Numbered from the stretch's first letter, positions 1-9,806 are shown. The stretch is DNA of 64,000 nt from Geopsychrobacteraceae bacterium (GCA_963676795.2 CAXXTB010000002.1:1728001-1792000), one strand, 5' to 3'. The notes: generated by a model from the sequence alone, not told the origin. Made by a program: numbers and translations.

Positions 1-49
1 CCAAAACAAGAAGCAAAACAGGCAGGAACGTACATTTAATGTTCATCAT
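1..49 (-). CDS. N-terminus of a probable ABC substrate-binding protein (runs off the left edge)
   Basis: ATG ATG AAC... reads MMNIKCTFLPVLLLVL, like a signal peptide; overlaps the stop of the ABC ATPase. Confidence 0.5.
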   Translation of the reverse strand, partial: MMNIKCTFLPVLLLVL

Positions 50-839
50 TTTGACCTTTTTGGTGCAAAGCAGGAGCGAGACAGCAAGGAAGATCCATCA
101 ACAACTGGCGCAACTGTTCTGACGTACGCCGAATACTTTCGTCAGTCCGGCTGCGCGGACGGGTGCCATCCAGTTTAATTTCGGTTCTAATCGATTCTGG
201 GGACGGCCCTATGACGACAATGCGATCGGCGAGATAAACGGCCTCTTCAACATTGTGAGTGACAAACAGTACTGTTTTTTTATCCATTGACCAGATGCGC
301 AGCAATTCATCCTGTAGTCGTTCCCTGGTGTTGTTATCAAGAGCGCTGAAAGGCTCATCCATCAACAAGGCTCTTGGCCCTAAAGCCAGAACCCTGGCCA
401 GAGCCACACGCTGACGCATTCCTCCGGACAGTTCATGAGGGTAGTGATGCCCCTTGCCTGGCAAACCGACAAGGGCAAGAATCTCCTCGACAATCCGTTG
501 TCGTTCAGCGGTTGGTAGCTTTTTCGCTTCCAAACCCAGATCGATATTTTTTGCAGCCGTGAACCAGGGGAAAAGTGTGGCCTCCTGAAAAACGACACCC
601 CGATCAGGAGATGGTCCTGAAATCGGCTGACCGAAAAAGTCTATTGTTCCGGTATCCGGCTTGAGAAAACCAGCCAGAAGATTCAACAGGGTGGATTTTC
701 CACAACCACTGGGACCAAGCAGGCAGACAAATTCATTCTCAGCAATATCAAGTGAAATGTTGCTGAGCGCCTGTACCACAGAACCCTGCTGATGATTAAC
801 AAAGGCCTTACTGACCTGTTGGTAGGAAATCGCCGTCAC
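36..839 (-). CDS. NitT/TauT-family ABC transporter ATP-binding protein
   Basis: Walker A GPSGCGKST, LSGGMRQR signature, LLMDEPFSALD, VTHN; GTG start at 839 after GAGG, overlapping the permease stop (GTGA). Confidence 0.93.
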   Translation of the reverse strand: MTAISYQQVSKAFVNHQQGSVVQALSNISLDIAENEFVCLLGPSGCGKSTLLNLLAGFLKPDTGTIDFFGQPISGPSPDRGVVFQEATLFPWFTAAKNIDLGLEAKKLPTAERQRIVEEILALVGLPGKGHHYPHELSGGMRQRVALARVLALGPRALLMDEPFSALDNNTRERLQDELLRIWSMDKKTVLFVTHNVEEAVYLADRIVVIGPSPESIRTEIKLDGTRPRSRTDESIRRTSEQLRQLLMDLPCCLAPALHQKGQNDEH

Positions 840-1642
840 TGTTCCCTCTGTAGCCCCCAAACCTCGATTGTCCTGCGTTCCAATGGCAAAAATATCAGAC
901 GTTCGACGGCAAGACCGATCAGGCAGATAATGACCAGGCAAGAAAAGGCACTGGTAAAATCGAGTGTCCAGCGTGACTGAATAATCGCATAGCCGAGCCC
1001 CGAGCCACTACCGACGATCATCTCAGCAGCAACCAGCACTCTCCAGCCATTACCCAGCCCGATACGCAACCCACTGAGTATCTGCGGCAGAGCTCCCGGC
1101 AGCAGAACCATGGAAAAAAACATATAACGATTCAGGCCAAGCATTCTGGCCGCCCGAATATAGGTTTCGTCAATTTGCCTGACACCGGCGACAACATTGA
1201 TAACAACAGGAGCGAAAGCGGTCATGGTGATCATGAACACAGTCGACGCTTCTCCAACCCCAAACAACAAAAGCGCCACCGGAATCCAGGCCAAGCCAGG
1301 AATCATTTGCAGCACATGAACCGTCGGCATACTAATACGGGCCAAAGGTTTCCACCAGCCGGCAACAAGACCAAATATCAGGCCAGAGAATGAAGCGATA
1401 ACAAATCCGATCAACCAGCGAAGCAGACTGTTAAAGGTATGCAGGTAAAGGCTGTGTTCAAGAAGCAGTTCACCATTCAGCAGAATAAACAGTCTGCGCA
1501 AAGTTGACAGCGGTGTGGGGAATGGAACATCTCGGAGCCAGGTGACGACAGAGGCAACAAAAAACCAGAGGATCAGCACAAGAAATGCTGCTGCAAATAC
1601 ATAAATCAGCTCGCTGTGCTTGCGTAGAGAGCTCTTTATCAT
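836..1642 (-). CDS. NitT/TauT-family ABC transporter permease
   Basis: Hydrophobic; IPGLAWIP, RAARMLG (EAA loop), GWRVLVAAEM; start placed at MIKSS. Confidence 0.92.
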   Translation of the reverse strand: MIKSSLRKHSELIYVFAAAFLVLILWFFVASVVTWLRDVPFPTPLSTLRRLFILLNGELLLEHSLYLHTFNSLLRWLIGFVIASFSGLIFGLVAGWWKPLARISMPTVHVLQMIPGLAWIPVALLLFGVGEASTVFMITMTAFAPVVINVVAGVRQIDETYIRAARMLGLNRYMFFSMVLLPGALPQILSGLRIGLGNGWRVLVAAEMIVGSGSGLGYAIIQSRWTLDFTSAFSCLVIICLIGLAVERLIFLPLERRTIEVWGLQREQ

Positions 1643-1677
1643 GCTGCCACCTGTTGTTCTGTCTGCCATGACACGCC

Positions 1678-2007
1678 TTATTTTGAACAGCAGTCTCTGC
1701 TTTTCAGGCCGCCCGAAGCGAGCTGCTTATAGTCCCCAAGAGCATCGTGAGTCCAGCAGTCATCGCCGCCTGCACTCTCTCTGAAAGTCAATGCCATGAT
1801 ATATGCAAGCTCCGTCTCCGTGGCTCCTGCATCCAGAGCTCCAAGATAGTGCTTGATCAGACACGGCTTTGATCGGTTCTTTATGGAGAGAGCGAAACAG
1901 ATAAATTGATAAGTCTTTTCGTCTATGGACCGCTTATCTTTGTACAGTTTGTCTATCTTGTCAAATTCTTCAGCAAATTCCGGGAAAAACTCAGCAAGCA
2001 GGCGCAT
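1678..2007 (-). CDS. Carboxymuconolactone decarboxylase/AhpD-like protein
   Basis: DEKTYQFICFALS...KPCLIKH..GALDAGATETEL pattern of the CMD fold; GGAG RBS. Confidence 0.75.
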   Translation of the reverse strand: MRLLAEFFPEFAEEFDKIDKLYKDKRSIDEKTYQFICFALSIKNRSKPCLIKHYLGALDAGATETELAYIMALTFRESAGGDDCWTHDALGDYKQLASGGLKSRDCCSK

Positions 2008-2095
2008 GGCATACTCCGTTGTAAAGAAAATCAAAATTGACAGCACGCAAATATTCAATTTTAAAAGGGATTACTTGCGTATTGTGAGTAGACGG

Positions 2096-2929
2096 CTAAA
2101 TCTGTTTTTTCATTTGAGCACAAGAACATTTCTGCATACGTTTCATGGCAGGCTCGATAATTGATAGGAAGAAAGCAGAGGCAGCAGCGCCACCCACTAA
2201 CGGGCCAAGAATATATACATAGAAGAAGCCGCCTGAAGAGTCAGGGAAGGCGGCACTGTCCCAGCCCATGACACAGGCGACAAGCCGCGGACCAAAATCA
2301 CGGGCTGGATTCAAACCGGCCTGAGTCAAAGGGGCAATCAAACAGATGAGTGAGGTTACCGTGAGACCGATGAAGACTGGAGCAAGGGCGACATCCGGCC
2401 GTCCGACATTGCATCCTTCCGTCAGGGCAAAAATCAACAGGACGAGAAAGAAGGTACCAAACGCCTCGGCAGCTAAAGCTAGAGGCAGGGAGACCACCGC
2501 ATTGTAGCTGGGATTCGGGTAATACTCGCCAAAGATCATCGCCGTTTTGACAGAGTCCGGCGCGCCGCGCACGATGCCCTGAGACAGTTCATAAGCTGCT
2601 ATGGAATCCGCAAAAAACAGATAGAGAATAAACCCGGCCAGAAGAGCACCAACAAATTGCGCAACGAGATAAACTGGCAGTTTCTGCCAGATCATTCGCT
2701 TCGCCAGGACCATGGCGATGCTGACCGCAGGATTCAGGTGAGCACAGGACAGATGACGCGTCAGGTAGATAGCCAGGGTCACCCCGACTCCCCAGACCAG
2801 CGCGACCTGCAATAGGCTCTGATGAGCATGAAATAGTACCGAGACCGCTACCGAACCGCAGCCGAACAGAACAAGCAGAAAGGTTCCAAGGGCCTCACCT
2901 ATCAACTCTTTGGAGGATAGCCACTGCAT
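2096..2929 (-). CDS. MIP family channel (aquaglyceroporin-like)
   Basis: Two NPA motifs, AHLNPAVS and LNPARDFGPRL (NPARD typical of GlpF type); GGAGG RBS. Confidence 0.93.
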   Translation of the reverse strand: MQWLSSKELIGEALGTFLLVLFGCGSVAVSVLFHAHQSLLQVALVWGVGVTLAIYLTRHLSCAHLNPAVSIAMVLAKRMIWQKLPVYLVAQFVGALLAGFILYLFFADSIAAYELSQGIVRGAPDSVKTAMIFGEYYPNPSYNAVVSLPLALAAEAFGTFFLVLLIFALTEGCNVGRPDVALAPVFIGLTVTSLICLIAPLTQAGLNPARDFGPRLVACVMGWDSAAFPDSSGGFFYVYILGPLVGGAAASAFFLSIIEPAMKRMQKCSCAQMKKQI

Positions 2930-2945
2930 TTCCGCCTCCATTCCA

Positions 2946-3878
2946 TCAAAGGCTGCTCAGAAGTTCGGATATTTTCCTGTCCAGAACAGCGCCAATTTTC
3001 GAAACCAGGAATATTCCGAGGGCAGGTTTTGATCCGACATATCTGTGAACATGCACTCGGTTGCCGACACAGTCGATCTGTAAAAGCTCGCTATCAACGG
3101 CAACAATCCCCTTGATTCGGTAGGTATCCGGGGCAACCTGATGTAAAAAACTCAACAACTTCTCACGAGAATGGATCCATTTGGCAGGCAAGGTAAATGA
3201 GACAGGCCGTCCCTGCTCTCCCCAACCTGCATAACGAGCCAGATCTTCATCCGTCAATGAGGGTGAAACTCTCGGCAAACTCAACAGGCCCATGTCAATT
3301 TCACAGTAACTGGTTCTCAGGATTGCAGCACCGGGCCTCATCGCGCTGAGTTTGTCTTCGATGCGCGCCAACTGGTCCTCGGAAACCAGATCCATTTTAT
3401 TTATTAAAAAGACATCGCTGAATTCGATCTGTTCATCAACGGCGCTCAGGACTGAACTCAGATCTTCATATGTATCGGCATCGATAACACAGATCATGCC
3501 TTTATATTCAAATGCTCCCGGAGCCTTGGCAAAAGCTTCCGAAAGAATATCCATAATCGGTGTCGGTTTTGCCAGACCAGAGCATTCTACGAAGAAATAA
3601 TCGATTTCCTTGTCGGCAAACGAGCAGAGTGAATCAACAAAAGATCCGGACAGGCAGCTGCAGAAAATCTGACCACCGTTCAGTTCGGCAGTCATAATAC
3701 CGTCGGCTTCTTTCAACAGACATGCATCGACATCAAGATCGCCAAAATCATTGATCAGAATGCCCAGCTTAGCCCCGGGTAACAGATCGATCAGACGGTT
3801 GATCAAAGTTGTTTTTCCAGCCCCGAGAAAACCTGTCAAGATATAGACGGGTATGACTTTTTTCGTGGAGTCATGCAT
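2946..3878 (-). CDS. CobW/COG0523 family GTPase metallochaperone
   Basis: LTGFLGAGKTT, INDFG, FCSC (CxCC-like), ECSGLA, NKMD. Confidence 0.9.
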   Translation of the reverse strand: MHDSTKKVIPVYILTGFLGAGKTTLINRLIDLLPGAKLGILINDFGDLDVDACLLKEADGIMTAELNGGQIFCSCLSGSFVDSLCSFADKEIDYFFVECSGLAKPTPIMDILSEAFAKAPGAFEYKGMICVIDADTYEDLSSVLSAVDEQIEFSDVFLINKMDLVSEDQLARIEDKLSAMRPGAAILRTSYCEIDMGLLSLPRVSPSLTDEDLARYAGWGEQGRPVSFTLPAKWIHSREKLLSFLHQVAPDTYRIKGIVAVDSELLQIDCVGNRVHVHRYVGSKPALGIFLVSKIGAVLDRKISELLSSL

Positions 3879-3926
3879 TTTTCAGATCCGTTTCAGCTGA
3901 ATCAATAGTGACATATGACAGAAGAG

Positions 3927-3969
3927 TGGAATCAGCCTTGAAAATAGGTCTCTATCAAGGCTGATTCCA
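3927..3969. other. Intercistronic stem-loop
   Basis: 15-bp perfect inverted repeat TGGAATCAGCCTTGA/TCAAGGCTGATTCCA, no U-tract. Confidence 0.6.
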
Positions 3970-3989
3970 TCAATCAACAGCAAGGTATA

Positions 3990-5339
3990 TTACAAAGCCT
4001 TGTCAATTTCAGCAAAGAACTCATCCTGGCTCGGAATGATGGACGAGTACTTGAGCTCACCATTGATATAGATACTTGGCAATTGCTTGACACCAATCTT
4101 GTGCATGCGCGCAATATTCTGTGGATCATTGTATTTATATTCAATGGTTTCGATCTTGTCACCGTAGTGTGCCTGCGCATCTTTGACGGCAGCCCACATG
4201 TAGGTACAGGCGGCACAGGAATCGGAATCGAGGGTAAAGGCCTCGATGAGTGGCTTCTCGAGGTTTGCGTAGTCAGGCAGCTCACCTTCGAACTCAATCG
4301 CTTCGGCCTGGTAGTTAGCGAGCATCTGACGTGCAGCCTCAGGATTGAAGACAGCCTGCTGAGCTGCGGTGGTGTTTTCGATCGGCGTATCGTAAGCCAT
4401 ATCACAACCAGGGGCGATGATCAGGTTCTTATGATCCAACGAATCGAGCAGATCGATGACGGCCTTCATGTTGTCCTGCTGATTACCGTAGAGCATGACC
4501 GTGGTCAGTGGCAGGTTACCGGCAATAACGATATTGTGAGCATCGGAGATCTTTTTACACTCGATCATCGAGCAGTTCTCGTCAAGACCAATGCTGTCAG
4601 GACCGGTCTTGCACATCTCATCAATATTGAAGGTCGCGTTACCACAGACAAAGAAGGCTGAGAAGCGACCCTTTTCACGGATATAGTCGAAAATGGCCTT
4701 GAACGGACCGTGCATCAGCTTGGCAAAATGCTTCGGAGAAATCTGGGAGACCAGAGGGTCGACAACCGAAATGACATCGGCACCTGCCTCGACATAGTAA
4801 TCAACCATCGCCTTGCCGATTTTGGTGGTATATTCAAGCAACTGGCTGGCGTATTCCGGGTTCTTGGTCATATCGCGGAAGAACTTGGTACCGCGCAGGT
4901 GAGAAGCCAGGGTAAAAGGACCACAGAAGAGACCGTAAAGAGCGGTTGTATCGCCGACAGCTTCCTTCAGCCGACGGGTTGCATTCAGAGCCATCGGCAT
5001 ACGGCCTTCATCAGGGCCTGGAATGTGAGTTGGAATTTCGTCAGTCGCGGACAGCGGATGGCTGCCGACTGCTGGTGGTGCACCATCTTTCCAGACCAGT
5101 TTACAGCCTAGAATCTCGGCTTCAATCTGCAGGTCGAACATGACCGGCTGACCATCAGGCTTGTAGAGCTTATTAACTTCGAGCAGAGATTCTACCAGTT
5201 TGTCTTCATCGGTGTAGACCTCGCCGGTTTTATAACCTAACAACTTGCCTGCATGCACCCCTGCATAGGGGACCCAAGGTACTCTCTCGACCTCTTCGTT
5301 ACGCAATACCTTCTCAATCAGTTCTTTTCCAGTCATCAT
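3990..5339 (-). CDS. Uroporphyrinogen decarboxylase/MtaA-like methyltransferase with a C-terminal thioredoxin-like domain
   Basis: DLQIEAEILGC, GPFTLAS, GNL, IIAPGCD motifs of the URO-D/MtaA fold; C-terminal CAAC...LPSIYING glutaredoxin/thioredoxin pattern. Confidence 0.85.
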   Translation of the reverse strand: MMTGKELIEKVLRNEEVERVPWVPYAGVHAGKLLGYKTGEVYTDEDKLVESLLEVNKLYKPDGQPVMFDLQIEAEILGCKLVWKDGAPPAVGSHPLSATDEIPTHIPGPDEGRMPMALNATRRLKEAVGDTTALYGLFCGPFTLASHLRGTKFFRDMTKNPEYASQLLEYTTKIGKAMVDYYVEAGADVISVVDPLVSQISPKHFAKLMHGPFKAIFDYIREKGRFSAFFVCGNATFNIDEMCKTGPDSIGLDENCSMIECKKISDAHNIVIAGNLPLTTVMLYGNQQDNMKAVIDLLDSLDHKNLIIAPGCDMAYDTPIENTTAAQQAVFNPEAARQMLANYQAEAIEFEGELPDYANLEKPLIEAFTLDSDSCAACTYMWAAVKDAQAHYGDKIETIEYKYNDPQNIARMHKIGVKQLPSIYINGELKYSSIIPSQDEFFAEIDKAL

Positions 5340-5377
5340 TTTCTCCATTCTAAGGTTATAAACTAAGCTCCCTCCCA

Positions 5378-5419
5378 AGTCTTATATAAGACTATATAAG
5401 GTTAAGAGATTTGATGCAA
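5378..5419 (-). promoter_or_regulatory. Sigma70-type promoter with an overlapping 16-bp perfect palindromic operator
   Basis: Minus strand TTGCAT-17-TATAGT; AGTCTTATATAAGACT at 5378-5393 overlaps the -10 and start region. Confidence 0.65.
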
Positions 5420-5492
5420 CACATTTCTTTAGCGAGAAAGTCTGGTCCACAAAAAAAACGCCTCGATCTGTTAGCCTACTTACTATTGATAT

Positions 5493-5519
5493 AAAAAGAG
5501 TTGCCAAATGGCAACTCTT
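5493..5519 (-). terminator. Intrinsic terminator after bzaF
   Basis: AAGAGTTGCC-ATTT-GGCAACTCTTTTT. Confidence 0.75.
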
Positions 5520-5525
5520 AACATT

Positions 5526-6854
5526 TCAGCCGACAACCTCTGACTGACGACATTTATGTTTAGCGATATCCTTTTCAAACAGGCTGATCCCCCGCTCCAT
5601 GGCACAAAAATCGCCACACATTGTGCAGGTACTCTGATTTTCAGGCGTTCGGCTTTTTCTGATCTCTTCAGCTTTTTGCGGGAACATCAGCATTTCAAAA
5701 TGCTCTTTCCACTCGGTGTCCCGTCTGGCCAGGGCGACCCTCTTCTCCCCTTCCCTGCGATCCGGATACTTGGCAATATCACCGATACGCGCGGCAAGAC
5801 GGGTGGCACGGACACCTTCACGGACATCATCCTCGTTCGGCAGGGCAAGGTGTTCTGCGGGGGTGATGTAACAGATCAGATCGGCACCGTGCCAGGCCGA
5901 CTGCGCGGCACCGATCGCCGATGTGATATGGTCATAACCGGCACCGGAATCAGCTGGCAGCGGGCCGAGAACATAATATGGCGCACCGCCGCTCATCGCC
6001 TTTTCAAGCATGATATTTCCGGCTATTTCATCGAGCGGCACGTGTCCAGGGCCTTCGACCATCATCTGGCAGCCCATATCACGGCCCAGTTCAGCAAGCT
6101 CGCAATTGATGATCATCTCAGCCATCTGAGCCCGGTCATGGCTGTCATGAATCGCACCGGCGCGAATCCCGTTGCCAAGAGAAAGAACCGCGTCATATTT
6201 CTTCATCAAGCCACAGACACGATCGAACTGTTCATAAAGAGGGTTCTCCTTATTATTGTATTCCATCCAGGAGACCATGAAGGTTCCCCCTTTTGAAACC
6301 AGCCCGCCGTAGCGATAGCCCTGCTTTCTCAAACGTTCAATGGAAAAACGGTTAATTCCGCAATGAATGGCCATGAAGGACAGACCATCAGCCAACTGTT
6401 TTTCGATCAGGTCGAAGAGGTATTCCGGGTCCAGATTGTTGGGATTCTTATATTTCGCGCTGGCTTCCGCAAACGCCTGATACAACGGGACATTGCCAAC
6501 AGGCAGATTGCAGTTGGCAAGAACTTCACGACGGATTCGATCGAGATCTCCTCCCGTTGAGAGTTCCATCAGCGTATCTGCTTTCTCCTGTTCAGCGATT
6601 TTTGCCTTCTTGACTTCAAGCTCGATGTCGAAGATATCCGAAGATGTTCCGATGGAAGCGTTGACCTTGGTCCGCAGCCCTTTGCCGATAGCACAGATTT
6701 TTTGCTGTTTACGCAACGGATTCAGGGGGATAACGATCTGCCCGTCTGCAACCCGTTGTCTGATAACTTCAGCAGCGATCATTTCATCAGCAGCAACGAA
6801 CTGCATTGCCTCAGTGACAACACCCTCTCTGGCCAACTCGATTTGTGTCTTCAT
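5526..6854 (-). CDS. bzaF: ThiC-family radical SAM enzyme, most likely 5-hydroxybenzimidazole synthase BzaF
   Basis: ThiC motifs (KVNASIG, EGPGHVP, YITPAEHL, C-terminal CTMCGDFC); preceded by a cobalamin riboswitch rather than a TPP riboswitch. Confidence 0.8.
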   Translation of the reverse strand: MKTQIELAREGVVTEAMQFVAADEMIAAEVIRQRVADGQIVIPLNPLRKQQKICAIGKGLRTKVNASIGTSSDIFDIELEVKKAKIAEQEKADTLMELSTGGDLDRIRREVLANCNLPVGNVPLYQAFAEASAKYKNPNNLDPEYLFDLIEKQLADGLSFMAIHCGINRFSIERLRKQGYRYGGLVSKGGTFMVSWMEYNNKENPLYEQFDRVCGLMKKYDAVLSLGNGIRAGAIHDSHDRAQMAEMIINCELAELGRDMGCQMMVEGPGHVPLDEIAGNIMLEKAMSGGAPYYVLGPLPADSGAGYDHITSAIGAAQSAWHGADLICYITPAEHLALPNEDDVREGVRATRLAARIGDIAKYPDRREGEKRVALARRDTEWKEHFEMLMFPQKAEEIRKSRTPENQSTCTMCGDFCAMERGISLFEKDIAKHKCRQSEVVG

Positions 6855-6892
6855 CTTTTCTCCTGTGAAATTTGATGCAGTCTGCGGGCAAC

Positions 6893-6929
6893 AAAAAAGC
6901 TCACGGGTGAATTTTTCACCCGTGAGCTT
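6893..6929 (-). terminator. Leader terminator (riboswitch expression platform)
   Basis: AAGCTCACGGGTGAA...TTCACCCGTGAGCTTTTTT between the aptamer and the start codon. Confidence 0.8.
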
Positions 6930-6952
6930 AATTTGGACTACAAAGCTTTGAT

Positions 6953-7140
6953 CAGTTGAGGCAGGTCTTCTGACTTACGGATCATCCTCCGGCTACGTCT
7001 TCCCGTGCGTTCCGAAATCGGTACGCTCAGTGACACATTGCAACCTTCGTCCCCGCTTACAGCGCTGGCCCTACGTTGCGGACTTTCACCGCATTCCCTT
7101 TTCACCATCAGGCACAGGACCTGATGACACCTTACTGACT
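6953..7140 (-). promoter_or_regulatory. Cobalamin (B12) riboswitch
   Basis: Minus strand AAGGT...AAAAGGGAATGCGGTGAAAGTCCGCA...CTGTAAG...CACTG...GGGAAG...AAGTCAGAAGACCTGCC (B12 box). Confidence 0.9.
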
Positions 7141-7255
7141 ATGTGCCGCCATTTAACAAAAAAGAGCTATGACAGTCAATCAATAATCTGCATCGACACA
7201 AAGCTAGCGGCCCGGGCCTTTTGGTACAGGCCGTTGCAACAAACTTCAAACAGAT

Positions 7256-9364
7256 CTACGGTAGCTGATTCCTCATCGCCAGTTGCGGGGTCATCTCCAT
7301 CGATCCAAGATTCAACCCGCTGACCTCTGATACAGCAGCCTTGACGCAGGAGTAATTCAGAGCGTTGACGGCTGTTTTACCGGTCAGTTTGAAGCCCTGC
7401 AGCAGCTGATGGAGCTCTTCCGCCTGCTCCGAGAGCTCTTCTGCTGCAGTTGCACTTTCAACGGCGCTCGCGGAATTTCGCTGCGTGACGATATCGATCT
7501 GGTTCAGCCCTTCTGTCATCTGGCTGATCCCCTGCGACTGTTCATTTGATGCGGCTGCAATTTCTTCGAGCAGATCGTTGACCTTGTTGGTACTCGTCAT
7601 TATCTCTTTGAGCGCCACGGCTGTCTGCTCTGCGATAACCGCACCTCGCTGGGTCAATACCACCGATCCTTCAATCAGTGACGCCGTCTCTTCGGCGGCC
7701 TTGGAGCTGCGGGCGGCAAGATTCCTGACCTCTTCGGCAACCACGGCGAACCCCTTCCCGTGCTGACCGGCACGGGCAGCTTCGACAGCGGCATTCAGGG
7801 CAAGAAGATTCGTCTGGAAAGCGATCTCATCGATAACCTTGATGATCTTGCTGATATCCTGGCTGGCCTGAGTAATCTCATTCATCGCCGAAACCATTTC
7901 AGACATCTGCTTGTCACCCTTCTCGGCAGAAATCTTCGATTCATTCGACAAGCGGTTGGCCGTGCTGGCATTTTGAGCGTTGGTCGTGACCTGACTGCTC
8001 ATTACATTCATGGATGCAGTAACTTCTTCAAAAGAGCTGGCCGATTGCGTTGCGCCGTCTGACAATTCTTCGCTCGTTGCTGCAACCTGGGACGCGCCGG
8101 CCGAAATCTGTTCTGCTGCCACCTGAGTCTGATTGAGCACGCGACGCAAACTGTTCACCATTCTGTCCAGAGAATTGCCAAGACAATCCTTATCGGAAGC
8201 CAGCTTTACATCACAGGTCAGGTCTCCCTCAGAAATCAATTCGGCGATATAAGCTTTTTCCTTAAGCTTTTCGATCATGTTACGAATCGCCGCATAGAGA
8301 CTGGTCGGTTTTTCACGATTGTCGGCCATGTGAATATCCAGCTCACCGGCAGCAACACGCTTGGCAATCTCGACAACCTGGGCAGGTTCACCACCCATCA
8401 TCTGCATAATCATCCGCGTCGTGATCAGCGCAGCAAAAGCACCCAGGACAATAGCAATGATATTCAGAGAAACAATACTGGTTGTGGCCCGGCTGCTGGT
8501 TTTCTGAAGTTGAGGGCCAAGGGCCTCACTGACGGAGTGAATATTTTCGGTAATCTCAGCCGTTGCTGCGGCAATTTCAGGACCCAGCACATCCAGAGAA
8601 TTGACAACGATAGCATCATGTTTTTCAGAAATCATTTTTATATCAGCAAGAGAGGAGAGGTAAACATCGACACTATCCACAACCTTCTCGAGCAATGTCG
8701 CCTGCCCTGCGCCATTCATGTGGCCATCCAGCTTACCGACGAAAGACTTTAACTTCGCCAACTCAACGGTCGCGGTTGTATACATGGCCGGATCATCTGT
8801 ATCGGTATATTTCTGCACATAAAGACGTCCGAGCAACAGATGACGAAGAGCCATAGAGGTCAGATAGGCTCCCTCAGAATCGCCTCTTTCCCTTAAGCTG
8901 TGATTCAATGAATCCAGCCCATCAACCACGACGCCACCACTGGGAACCAGTTTATTGGAAAAGATACCAGCACGCTGGTTCTTGAGAGCTTTCATTTCAT
9001 TGAAGCTTTGATTGTAGGTCTGTAGGGACTGTTTGATTTTGTTGAGGGATTTGCCCCTTTCTGGCTCAACAATCTCAGCACTCGCCACATTGACCGCCTC
9101 CTGTGTCATGCCGAAGTATTTATTGAAGCCATCAAGCTCTCTTTGAGCTTCACTGGTGATGTAACTTTTGGCATTGAGCCGAGTCATGAGCATCATCGAC
9201 TCAATATCGCTGGCCGCGTTCGATTCGCGGGCCATATGCCGGTAGGACGTAACCCCCTGGGAAATGTGATGAAGTGAATTGTAGGCAAGGATACCCACGA
9301 TTGTCAGGAGGACCAGGATACTAGCAAAACCGAGTGTTAACTGACGTGCAAGTGTAAGTTTCAT
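7256..9364 (-). CDS. Methyl-accepting chemotaxis protein
   Basis: N-terminal TM, large periplasmic domain, second [43 protein letters not shown] signature. Confidence 0.95.
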   Translation of the reverse strand: MKLTLARQLTLGFASILVLLTIVGILAYNSLHHISQGVTSYRHMARESNAASDIESMMLMTRLNAKSYITSEAQRELDGFNKYFGMTQEAVNVASAEIVEPERGKSLNKIKQSLQTYNQSFNEMKALKNQRAGIFSNKLVPSGGVVVDGLDSLNHSLRERGDSEGAYLTSMALRHLLLGRLYVQKYTDTDDPAMYTTATVELAKLKSFVGKLDGHMNGAGQATLLEKVVDSVDVYLSSLADIKMISEKHDAIVVNSLDVLGPEIAAATAEITENIHSVSEALGPQLQKTSSRATTSIVSLNIIAIVLGAFAALITTRMIMQMMGGEPAQVVEIAKRVAAGELDIHMADNREKPTSLYAAIRNMIEKLKEKAYIAELISEGDLTCDVKLASDKDCLGNSLDRMVNSLRRVLNQTQVAAEQISAGASQVAATSEELSDGATQSASSFEEVTASMNVMSSQVTTNAQNASTANRLSNESKISAEKGDKQMSEMVSAMNEITQASQDISKIIKVIDEIAFQTNLLALNAAVEAARAGQHGKGFAVVAEEVRNLAARSSKAAEETASLIEGSVVLTQRGAVIAEQTAVALKEIMTSTNKVNDLLEEIAAASNEQSQGISQMTEGLNQIDIVTQRNSASAVESATAAEELSEQAEELHQLLQGFKLTGKTAVNALNYSCVKAAVSEVSGLNLGSMEMTPQLAMRNQLP

Positions 9365-9588
9365 CGTCCGACATCTCCATTTGTTAGTCATTTATTGTGT
9401 CTGGTATTTTTTCACACACAATACCTATACCACCCATTTTCCAGCTGTCAAATTTTTTATGAGCTAAAATTAATTGTTTACAAAAAAACAACATTCTAAG
9501 TAGAAACAATAAGTTAGACATCTAATTATTGAAATATTTGAAAAAGATCATGAAGAAAAAGTGAAGTGATAAAATTGAGATTAGGAAT

Positions 9589-9614
9589 AAAAAAAGCCAG
9601 CTGAACGCTGGCTT
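9589..9614 (-). terminator. Terminator downstream of the partial tRNA copy
   Basis: AAGCCAGC/GCTGGCTT stem followed by a T-tract on the minus strand. Confidence 0.6.
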
Positions 9615-9621
9615 GATATTT

Positions 9622-9666
9622 TGGTCGGGATGACTGGATTTGAACCAGCGGCCCCTTGTCCCCCAG
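9622..9666 (-). repeat. 45-bp direct repeat of the tRNA-Pro 3' half (att-like site)
   Basis: Identical to 9849-9893, from the anticodon loop to CCA. Confidence 0.92.
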
Positions 9667-9806
9667 TAATATGGCTTCAAGCCACTACTCAATAAGTTCA
9701 AATAGTTAGCATACTGGATACTATCTACTATCGATAAATCGGTATTTAATTAAATTTACCCAACAGACACTTGACAATATAGAGAGTGACTAGATAGTTT
9801 AGACAC

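Noticed and set aside
5526..6854. Calling this gene thiC with a TPP riboswitch
   Set aside because: The leader has B12-box features, not the TPP CTGAGA core
9622..9666. A second tRNA-Pro gene
   Set aside because: Only the 3' 45 nt are present; no D-arm or 5' acceptor strand
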